Assembly: GCA_035285305.1 (NCBI GenBank)
Contig: JAYKHF010000045.1
Location: 968 to 64,967, forward strand
Origin: Leptolyngbya sp.
Lineage (GTDB): Bacteria > Cyanobacteriota > Cyanobacteriia > Phormidesmidales > Phormidesmidaceae
Direction of reading: 5' to 3'
Length of the DNA stretch: 64,000 bases
The notes under the pieces were generated by a model, which was not told where the DNA came from, searched no databases, and was given only the letters and a program-made list of their open reading frames with translations. Each line of letters opens with the position of its first letter. Position 1 is the first letter of the stretch. Shown here in pieces: positions 56,221-64,000 of this stretch. A program made the position numbers and the translations under genes.

Positions 56221-56862
56221 CTAGCCCCTTGTCGTAGACTCTGGCGGCAGGTCTTCGGATCCGCCTGCCCCTGGGGTTAGCGGGCGATAGGTGTAGTTGT
56301 GGTGGGGAGCCCGGGGGTTTTTGCGAATATCATCCTTCACCAGTTCGAGGTCAATGTAGCGGTCAGCAACATTGATCAGGCTGTCGCTGGTCATGGATCG
56401 CAGACTGACGACCTCAATGCGAGCCCCCCGGTAGCTCGCGGCGTCGGCGGCATAGGCCAAATCGCCATCGCCACTCACAAGGACAGCGGTGTCGTAATAG
56501 TCCACCAGGGCGACCAAATCGACGGCAATTTCCACATCCAAATTGGCTTTTTTAGAGCCATCGGGCAACTGCACTAGATCCTTAGCAATGACGCGATAGC
56601 CATTGCGCCGCATCCACAGCAAAAAGCCCTGCTGCTTCTCATTGCTGCGGTCTACTCCGGTGTAGAAAAATGACCGAAATAGACGGGAACCGGCGGTCAG
56701 CTTACAGAGAAGCTTGGTGTAGTCGATTTCAATGCCAAGCTGTAAGGCCGCATAGAAGAGGTTGGATCCATCAATAAAAATCGCCACGCGCCCCCGATTA
56801 TCGAGTACCTGTTCAGGGGTAAAAATGGCGTCTTCGCTAATTAAAGAGTGGGAATCTAACAT
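56221..56862 (-). CDS. NYN domain (LabA/DUF88-family) protein
   Basis: AIFIDGSNLFY, KANLDVEIAVD, LVSGDGDL, AD.YIDL. Confidence 0.9.
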   Translation of the reverse strand: MLDSHSLISEDAIFTPEQVLDNRGRVAIFIDGSNLFYAALQLGIEIDYTKLLCKLTAGSRLFRSFFYTGVDRSNEKQQGFLLWMRRNGYRVIAKDLVQLPDGSKKANLDVEIAVDLVALVDYYDTAVLVSGDGDLAYAADAASYRGARIEVVSLRSMTSDSLINVADRYIDLELVKDDIRKNPRAPHHNYTYRPLTPGAGGSEDLPPESTTRG

Positions 56863-56987
56863 GGGCTTGTTATCCAGTTGTATCAATCAAAAATGTGTTA
56901 AAGGGGCTTTTATGGGGGCTAGGGGGGCTGATAGGGGAATATTTGGGGGCAGTTTTTGACGATCCTATCCAGCGTTTTTTCCATCGG

Positions 56988-58580
56988 CTAATCCGTCGCT
57001 TCGGGCATTTCAATCCGTTGGAAAATGGGCTGGGCTTCTCCGAGGGGCTGCCCAGAGGGCAAAATACCCCAGGTGGCATGGTCTCCGTAGGGAACTTGCT
57101 CACCGATGGATCGCTGGTTAAAGTCCACCGAATAGCCAAGCTGCCGATAGATCTCATTGCTCAACCCTGGCACCACCGGGGAAAGGAGGTAGGCCGCTAA
57201 ACGTACCGATTCTAAAACGGCGTAGAGGACGGATTCAGTTTCGGCCTGTTTGCCCTGCTTAAAGAGGCTCCAAGGAGCTTCTTCATCGAGAAACTTGTTG
57301 CTGGCCTGCACCAGTGCCAAAATAGCGCCACAGGCTTGACTAAATTTCAACTGTTGATAGGCCTCGGCCACGGTTGATCCCAACCCTGTTCCTAGGTTCT
57401 TCAACCGATGATCATCCGTTAAAGACATCGGTTCCCCGTGGGGCACCTTCCCTTCACAGTAACGCGCCGCCATCTTAATGGTGCGATTTAGTAAATTTCC
57501 TAAATCATTGGCCAGATCCGCATTGAGAACATTGATAAATCGGGCTTCGTTGAAGTCTCCATCTTTACCAAATTCAATCTCTCGCAAAAAGTAATACCGA
57601 ACGGCATCCGCCCCATACTTATCAACTAATTCCACAGGATTGAGGGTGTTTCCGAGGCTTTTGCCCATTTTTAGACCATCTTTGGTCAAAAAGCCGTGGC
57701 CAAAGACCTGTCCCGGCACGGGCAGTTCTGCCGACATCAGCATGGCGGGCCAATACACGGCATGGAACCGCAGAATATCCTTGCCAATCAGGTGAATGTT
57801 GATGGGCCACCAGTTCGCCACCGCCGCCTCTAAATTGGGATCCTCGTCAGGATTTTGGAGGGCGGTGACATAGCCCAGCAGCGCATCAAACCAGACGTAG
57901 AGGGTGTGGTGGGGATCGGTGGGCACGGGAAAGCCCCAATCCAGATTGACGCGGGAAATCGAAAAGTCTTGCAAACCGCGTTTAACAAAGCTCAAGACTT
58001 CATTTCGGCGGGTTTCGGGCTGAATAAAATCGGGCCGCTCGGCGTAGAGTTGCTCTAGCTTTTCCTGGTAATTAGAGAGCCGAAAAAAGTAATTTTGCTC
58101 GTCCCGCCACTCCACGGTTTTGTTGGGGTGCAGCGGGCAGCGGTGGTCGTCGAGCAGATCCCGTTCCTCCTTAAATTCTTCACAGGAGACGCAGTACCAG
58201 CCCTGCTGTTGCCCTTGGTAGATGTCGCCCTTTTCCCAAACCCGCTGAAAAAATTCCCGCACAATCACCTCATGGCGGGGGGATGTCGTCCGAATGAAGC
58301 GATCCCACTGAATATTTAATTTCTGCCACAGGCTTTCAAACCCCGCCACCACTTGGTCGCAGTGATCCTGGGGCGAAATCCCCCGTTCTTCGGCGGTGCG
58401 GAGAATTTTCTGGCCATGCTCATCGGTGCCTGTAATCATCAACACGGGTCGCCCTGTGAGGCGATGGAACCGGGCAACCACGTCCGCCGCAATGGTGGTA
58501 TAGGCGCTGCCGATGTGGGGCAGATCGTTGACGTAGTAGAGCGGGGTGGTGATGGCGAAGGGGGCAGCGGTGGAAGTCAT
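56988..58580 (-). CDS. metG: Methionine--tRNA ligase
   Basis: ITTPLYYVN..PHIGSAY (HIGH), GTDEHGQK, YCVSCE, YVWFDAL, KMGKS. Confidence 0.98.
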   Translation of the reverse strand: MTSTAAPFAITTPLYYVNDLPHIGSAYTTIAADVVARFHRLTGRPVLMITGTDEHGQKILRTAEERGISPQDHCDQVVAGFESLWQKLNIQWDRFIRTTSPRHEVIVREFFQRVWEKGDIYQGQQQGWYCVSCEEFKEERDLLDDHRCPLHPNKTVEWRDEQNYFFRLSNYQEKLEQLYAERPDFIQPETRRNEVLSFVKRGLQDFSISRVNLDWGFPVPTDPHHTLYVWFDALLGYVTALQNPDEDPNLEAAVANWWPINIHLIGKDILRFHAVYWPAMLMSAELPVPGQVFGHGFLTKDGLKMGKSLGNTLNPVELVDKYGADAVRYYFLREIEFGKDGDFNEARFINVLNADLANDLGNLLNRTIKMAARYCEGKVPHGEPMSLTDDHRLKNLGTGLGSTVAEAYQQLKFSQACGAILALVQASNKFLDEEAPWSLFKQGKQAETESVLYAVLESVRLAAYLLSPVVPGLSNEIYRQLGYSVDFNQRSIGEQVPYGDHATWGILPSGQPLGEAQPIFQRIEMPEATD

Positions 58581-58967
58581 AGAACCGTGGTTAAAGGTGA
58601 GCCTGCGGACGGTCGAGAACCCGGGTTAGGTGGTGCCCGTCCCTCTGCCCTAGGCAAAGGCACTCAAACCGCCAAGAGGCCATCATACAAGGAACCTGAA
58701 CCCCTTGCCTAATCGGCATCAAAGGGGGTAAAGGGAGGCTGGGTCGGCTACAGTGTAGCCCCTGTGGGGCCTGTATCCTTCGCAGTGCCCAGAAGATTTA
58801 ACCATTGCATTTTTGGCCCTAGTGTGCTTCATCTGGTTTGCCCGTGCCAAATCGGACTTCCTTCGGGATAATCCGTAGGTTTCGACCATCCCCCGCTAGA
58901 ATGGAGGTGTCGAAATGCTTCATACTTTGTTACAACAAGTAGAGATGTTGGGTTGGTATTAACCTCT

Positions 58968-59762
58968 ATGTTCGGCGGCTTTACCGGGTTCCAGCCAAAC
59001 GCAGCGAATGATTTCGGCGAACGGATGATCAATTCCGTGGTCACGCAGTCCCTTCGGCACATGTTCAGCCGCAGCGATTCCATTGATGTGGCGGTGCGCT
59101 GTTCGCCCCCGAGCAAGCTTTTGCAGGGGACGGTGGATAGTTTTCGGATGGAAGGACGCGGACTAGTGATCCGCAACGAGTTTGAGACCTCCGAGATGAT
59201 GTTTGAGACCGATGCCGTCTCCATCGACGTGGGGGCGGCTATCGGAGGGAAAATTCGCCTGCGCCAGCCCACCCAGGCCATTGCCCAAGTGGTGCTCACC
59301 GAAGACGCCATTAACCACGCCTTTGGGGCCGAATTGGTGCGCCAACACCTGGAGGGGGTAGATGACGAAGGGCTCACCAATCTCTCTGGCGGTGACCCCC
59401 TGACCTTCCGCGATATTCACATCACCCTTCAGCCCGATCAGCGGGTCAAGATCGCGGCCAAAACGGACTTGCCCAACAAAAAAGATGTGCCCATCCAGCT
59501 CACGGCCACCCTCACCGTGGAAAAGCGGCGACGGATTATCTTCGCCAATGCTGAATTTTTGGCCGATGGCATCCCCGACACCCTGCAATCTCTGTCTGCC
59601 ATCCTCACCCAGGGCTTTGCCACCATCCTCAACCGCATGGTGGATCTAGAGCGCTTTAACCTCGATGGCGTGTTGCTGCGGGTGAACCGCCTAGAAACCA
59701 AGGGCAATCAACTCGTTTTCAGCGGCTATGCCCAAATCGACCATTTCCCCGGCATGGCTTAA
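58968..59762 (+). CDS. DUF2993 / LmeA-family protein
   Basis: V.VRC.P.SKLLQG.VDSF.M.GRGL.I, LTE..IN.AF, DL.RF.LDG..LR. Confidence 0.75.
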   Translation: MFGGFTGFQPNAANDFGERMINSVVTQSLRHMFSRSDSIDVAVRCSPPSKLLQGTVDSFRMEGRGLVIRNEFETSEMMFETDAVSIDVGAAIGGKIRLRQPTQAIAQVVLTEDAINHAFGAELVRQHLEGVDDEGLTNLSGGDPLTFRDIHITLQPDQRVKIAAKTDLPNKKDVPIQLTATLTVEKRRRIIFANAEFLADGIPDTLQSLSAILTQGFATILNRMVDLERFNLDGVLLRVNRLETKGNQLVFSGYAQIDHFPGMA

Positions 59763-59874
59763 CCAGGTCTCAATCCCCACCCCTAGGATGGTTCTGGGTG
59801 ATGGAGTGGGCTAAGATAACCGAACAGTGGGATTTTTATCTCGCTAGAGTTTTATTGAGACAGACACCACAGCT

Positions 59875-60948
59875 ATGGCCATTGCTCCCATCATTACCGC
59901 CCCAGAGGACTTTACCCCGCCTGCCCTGGCCCCGTGGGAGCCGCTACCCGTCAATCGTCCGCTGCTGCTGGTGGGGCACGGTAGCCGCGATACCGATGGT
60001 CGCGATCGCCTCCTAGAGTTTGCCGCCGCCTACCAGGCCCTAGATACCTCTCGTCCGGTGATCCCCTGCTTTTTGGAACTGACAGAGCCCACCATCCAAG
60101 ACGGTGTGGATCAGTGCGTGGCCCAGGGCTATACCGATATCTCGGTACTGCCGATTTTGCTATTTGCCGCCCGCCACAACAAGTTTGACGTGACCAACGA
60201 GCTGGATCGCGCCCGCCAGCGCCATCCCCAGGTGAAATTCCACTATGGTCGCCACTTTGGCATCACCCCAGAAATTATTCGCCTCTGGCAAGACCGCCTA
60301 GCGGAACTGGACGGCCCCACCTTTAACCCCCAGGGCATCGCCCGCGAAGATACCGTGCTGCTGTTTGTGGGACGCGGAGCCAGCGATCCCGACGCCAACG
60401 GCGATGTCTACAAACTGGCCCGGATTTTGTGGGAAGGTAGCCGCTACAGCACCGTAGAGATCTGCTTCATTGGCATCACCCACCCCCGCCTGGAGGAGGG
60501 CTTCCGCCGCGCCCGCCTATACCAGCCCAAGCGCATCATCGTGCTGCCCTACTTCCTCTTCACCGGGGTGCTGGTGAAAAAAATTGTCGAGATTACCCAA
60601 CAAGAACAAGCCCAGCATCCCGATATCACCGTTACCTATTTGCCCGAAATGGGGAGTCATCCCCGGCTGATGCAGATTTTGCGAGAGCGCGAAATTGAAA
60701 CCCAACTCGGCCAAGTGCAGATGAACTGCGAAATGTGCAAGTTTCGCCTTGCCGCTGTGGGGGCAGGTGCCAGCCACGGCCACGGTCATAGCCACGATCA
60801 CGGTCATGACTACGGTCATGCTCACGGCCACGGTCATGCTCACGGCCACGGGCACGGGCACGATCACGGCCATCACCACCACGGCGAACCCGTAGACCTG
60901 TTTCCCCAGCCGGAAGACTACCACCAGCGAGCATGGCAAGTGCCCTAG
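59875..60948 (+). CDS. cbiX: Sirohydrochlorin cobaltochelatase, long form with MxCxxC and His-rich tail
   Basis: [47 protein letters not shown], His-rich tail. Confidence 0.93.
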   Translation: MAIAPIITAPEDFTPPALAPWEPLPVNRPLLLVGHGSRDTDGRDRLLEFAAAYQALDTSRPVIPCFLELTEPTIQDGVDQCVAQGYTDISVLPILLFAARHNKFDVTNELDRARQRHPQVKFHYGRHFGITPEIIRLWQDRLAELDGPTFNPQGIAREDTVLLFVGRGASDPDANGDVYKLARILWEGSRYSTVEICFIGITHPRLEEGFRRARLYQPKRIIVLPYFLFTGVLVKKIVEITQQEQAQHPDITVTYLPEMGSHPRLMQILREREIETQLGQVQMNCEMCKFRLAAVGAGASHGHGHSHDHGHDYGHAHGHGHAHGHGHGHDHGHHHHGEPVDLFPQPEDYHQRAWQVP

Positions 60949-60990
60949 ATTCAGGCCTTCGAGCCCCCTCCTAGATCCCTGGCCCTAGGG

Positions 60991-63900
60991 TTAGGGCGAC
61001 TCGCTTGGTTCCATGGGATGGGGGTTTGCAGACTGATAAAGATGCTCAATGGTTTCCCACAATGTCCTCAGGCGGACGGGTTTGCGGAGATATTCATTCG
61101 CACCTGCCATAAGGCATTTTTCCCGCTCTTCCTCCATCACCAGGGCGGTTAATACGATGATGGGAAGATCCTGAAACTGAGGATTAGCACGGATAGCGAC
61201 AATGGCGTCAATGCCGTTTAGGTTTGGCATTTGGATGTCCATAACCACCACGTCAGGGGTTTCGGTGTTGACGATGTGAAGGGCCTCCTCTCCAGTGGTG
61301 GCTGTTAAGAGGTGATACCCCTTCGCCTCTAGATAATTTTTCATGGTAAGTGCATTGGCCGAGTTATCTTCGGCGATCAAAATCCGAGGTGGTTTCCGAT
61401 CGGGGCGGTTTGTCATCATCGCCCTGGGTTGGGCCGGGATAATCGCCCTGGGTGGGGTCTGAATGTCCGACGGCAGAGGGGCGGTGTCTTGATCGGGAGA
61501 CGCGATGGGGAGGTCAACCATGAAACAACTACCAACCCCAACTTCGCTAGTCAACGATACGGTGCCCCCGTGGAGATCCACAATCTTTTTGACGAGCACC
61601 AAGCCTAGCCCTGTTCCTTCATGTTGACGACTGAGCGTGCTATCAATCTGAACAAAGGGTTGAAAGAGTCGCTCCATATCTTCAGCGGAAATACCAATGC
61701 CCGTATCCTGCACCGTCAAACGAAGCTGAGGCTGAGACTGATCCTCACTGGCCACAGGATAAATAACGCCTAGGGTGACTTGACCATGATCAGGAGTGAA
61801 CTTAACCGCATTATTCAGCAGGTTCAACAACACCTGGCGAATTCGACTTTCATCGACGTAAAGCTTAGGCAGGTGAGGGGGGAGGGCTAAGTTGAGTTGA
61901 ATGTTCTTTTTCCGGGCCTGGGCATCCACCAGCACCAGACTAGACTCACAGAGGGAAAGGATGATGACAGGCTGTCGATCTAACGTCACTTTCCCGGCTT
62001 CAATCTTGGCCATATCCAGGATGTCGTTGATCAGTGAGAGCAGATGATCACCACTTCTTTCAATGGTCTGAATGGCCTTCTCTTGACGTGTATTGATATC
62101 ACCGAAGATATTTTCTTTTAGGCTTTCGGCCATCCCCAGAATGGAATTGAGCGGTGTCCGCAATTCGTGACTCATCATGGCCAAGAATTCATCCTTAAGA
62201 CGATTAGCCTTGATCAGAGCCTGATTGAGTTCCTGTTGTTTTAAGTCCGCAATTTTTCGTTCCGTTGTATCGTAGCCAAAGCCCATAAAGGCAATGACTT
62301 CACCCCGCTCATTGACCTGGGGAAAGGCACTACTGGTATGCCATCGCCAGGAACCATCCTTATGGATGATGCGATATTCTAAGCCTCGTTTCCTCTCTCC
62401 GCTCAGGACAGCACCGAAAAACTCTCGGCAGTGATCGACGTCATCGGGATGTAAAACCTCAACAAAAGGAAGTCCATAGAGTTCCTCGGGGGCAAACCCC
62501 AGAATATCTTCTAGATTGGGTGATAAATAGGTAAAGTATCCCTCGGGGTTAATGCTATAGATAATGTCATTAGCCGTTTCAATGAAGCTACGATATTTAG
62601 CTTCGCTGGTCTCTAGGGCGACTAGGGCTTTCTTCCGTTCAGTGATATCTTCAGCCAAGCCGTCAATCGCTACTAAGTTGCCAGCCTCATCCCAAACTCC
62701 ATGTTGCACAACACTGACTATTTTTTCTATGCCATCAGGCCGAGTGAAGCAGAGTTCCATCTGAATATCGTCGTGGCTAGTCATCATTTTAGCGATTTCG
62801 GTTTCGGCCATCTTGAGACTATCAGGATGCCAATTAACAGCCGTTATCCAAGATTGTCCGATCACTTCGTCGTGGCTAACGCCAAAAATGTGGCTCACGC
62901 CATTGCTGATATAGGTGATGATAGAGTCTGTGTGACTAAAGATGACGAATTTATCGCCGATATCATCTAGAAGTCTCTGAAACTTAGAACGACTCGCCTC
63001 TAACTCCGCTGTACGTTTCCTGACTTGATCTTCTAAATTCTGATTGGCCTTTCTAAGATCATGTTGGGCTTGCTTGAGCTCTTCCTCATAGTGCTTAGCC
63101 TTGGTGATATCGGCCAAAACCCCTTCCCATACGGTGGTTCCATCAGGTAGATCGCGGGGGACAGACTCAGCCGTAATCCAGCGAATGTTTCCATCCACAA
63201 CCACTCGAGTTTCACCATAGAACGGTCTCTTTTGGGCAAACGCCTCTGCATTGAGGGCAAACCAAGCGTCGTAGTCCTCTGGATGAACACAGGCAAACGC
63301 CTTGAGCGGATCAGACTCGGCTTCCTGACGTTCTAATCCCGTCAGTTGCAGAAACCGCTCACTCATAAAGGAAAAGTGCGCCAAAGGTTGATCGGGCTGC
63401 TTCACCATGGTGTACGTCCCAACCGGGATGGCTTCGGTAATGGCTAGAGCCGTTTTAGCCAGCGCCTCACGGGCCTGATCTAGTTCGGATTCAACGGTTT
63501 TAAATTCCGTCAAATCCTGCATCGTTACGATGACTTGATCATCGGAGATAATTGCACCAAAGAGAATATCTAAGACTTCATTTTGCTTGTTTGTTACCTT
63601 GCCTTGAAGGTAGCCTACTGCGCCAGTGTTCTGTTGACGATCAATAAGATCATGCCATTTCACAAAAATCTCTTGGCGATACGCTGGATCTGGATAAACC
63701 CGCTTAAACCATTTAGAGACGGTAGCAATTTCATCTAGGCTATAGCCAAATAGAGCTTGTGCTCGTTTGTTCATGAAGACGATTTTAGGGTTATCTTCTA
63801 AATGAAGATAGCTTGCAATGGCAATGGGAGCATTTTCCAGGATCGTGAGATATTCGCTTTGAACATTGCTGAGTTGTTCCTCTTGCGCCTTGACATCTGT

Positions 63901-63999
63901 AATATCAGTAAAAGAAATTAAAATTAAATCTTGAATAGGAGAAAGGCTAACCAAGACATTCTTAGCATAGCCATCCCGACAAAGTAACTTAAATTCTTG
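60991..63999 (-). CDS. Multi-PAS hybrid histidine kinase/response regulator, 5' end outside window
   Basis: Frame stays open to the window end (QEFKLLCRDGYAKNVLVS.., a PAC motif); at least 4 PAS domains, SHELRTPLN, NAVKFT, DTGIGI, GTGLGL, receiver (EDN, MDIQMP, KP). Confidence 0.92.
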   Translation of the reverse strand, partial: QEFKLLCRDGYAKNVLVSLSPIQDLILISFTDITDVKAQEEQLSNVQSEYLTILENAPIAIASYLHLEDNPKIVFMNKRAQALFGYSLDEIATVSKWFKRVYPDPAYRQEIFVKWHDLIDRQQNTGAVGYLQGKVTNKQNEVLDILFGAIISDDQVIVTMQDLTEFKTVESELDQAREALAKTALAITEAIPVGTYTMVKQPDQPLAHFSFMSERFLQLTGLERQEAESDPLKAFACVHPEDYDAWFALNAEAFAQKRPFYGETRVVVDGNIRWITAESVPRDLPDGTTVWEGVLADITKAKHYEEELKQAQHDLRKANQNLEDQVRKRTAELEASRSKFQRLLDDIGDKFVIFSHTDSIITYISNGVSHIFGVSHDEVIGQSWITAVNWHPDSLKMAETEIAKMMTSHDDIQMELCFTRPDGIEKIVSVVQHGVWDEAGNLVAIDGLAEDITERKKALVALETSEAKYRSFIETANDIIYSINPEGYFTYLSPNLEDILGFAPEELYGLPFVEVLHPDDVDHCREFFGAVLSGERKRGLEYRIIHKDGSWRWHTSSAFPQVNERGEVIAFMGFGYDTTERKIADLKQQELNQALIKANRLKDEFLAMMSHELRTPLNSILGMAESLKENIFGDINTRQEKAIQTIERSGDHLLSLINDILDMAKIEAGKVTLDRQPVIILSLCESSLVLVDAQARKKNIQLNLALPPHLPKLYVDESRIRQVLLNLLNNAVKFTPDHGQVTLGVIYPVASEDQSQPQLRLTVQDTGIGISAEDMERLFQPFVQIDSTLSRQHEGTGLGLVLVKKIVDLHGGTVSLTSEVGVGSCFMVDLPIASPDQDTAPLPSDIQTPPRAIIPAQPRAMMTNRPDRKPPRILIAEDNSANALTMKNYLEAKGYHLLTATTGEEALHIVNTETPDVVVMDIQMPNLNGIDAIVAIRANPQFQDLPIIVLTALVMEEEREKCLMAGANEYLRKPVRLRTLWETIEHLYQSANPHPMEPSESP

Positions 64000-64000
64000 A

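Noticed and set aside
58879-58915. Imperfect hairpin TTTCGAC...GTCGAAA upstream of the DUF2993 gene
   Set aside because: Single imperfect IR with no second copy or recognisable RNA family; not enough support.
59763-59874. Cobalamin riboswitch upstream of cbiX
   Set aside because: The spacer is short and I see no B12-box or GGGAA core.
60775-60882. His-rich tandem repeat in cbiX as a novelty
   Set aside because: MxCxxC plus a His-rich tail is an established feature of long-form cyanobacterial CbiX.
9341-60948. Tetrapyrrole/metal supercluster (chlH, PCP_red, ferrochelatase-like, suf, cbiX)
   Set aside because: The genes are 7-25 kb apart among unrelated housekeeping genes; co-location is probably chance.

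Overview
A 64-kb, GC-rich chromosomal window from a cyanobacterium. Markers include psbH/psbN, chlH, ftrC, sufR-sufBCDS and sparse HIP1 octamers; the composition suggests a Leptolyngbya/Nodosilinea-like filamentous strain, which is my inference. The first 7 kb is the distal end of a contractile injection system (CIS) cluster: baseplate J/Afp11-like (5' truncated by the window), a phage-tail/Afp12-like protein with an extra N-terminal domain, a DUF4159-like protein, and an Ig-like + TM + WD40 protein. This layout points to a membrane-anchored, tCIS-type apparatus. The rest is mostly housekeeping: bioA, chlH, rpsP-khpA-phoH, psbN/psbH-tatA-pth, a DICT-GAF kinase, pta, RNase R-like, ubiX, comEC, a Gld-like ABC system, phoU, suf, lptC, metG and cbiX. 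The window ends in an AT-richer multi-PAS hybrid kinase that is 5' truncated. Less ordinary items: a divergent, CAB-less ferrochelatase paralogue with a His-rich tail; an orphan ZnuC-like ATPase under a perfect Zur/Fur-type palindrome; two GTAG-REP families, one carrying a nested ~24-nt insert; a dispersed CCCTCACCC/CCCTCTCCC palindromic element; an 81-bp MITE-like element flanked by 9-bp direct repeats; and many short intergenic tandem duplications. No rRNA, tRNA, CRISPR array or transposase was seen. All family calls come from motif recognition by eye, not database searches.
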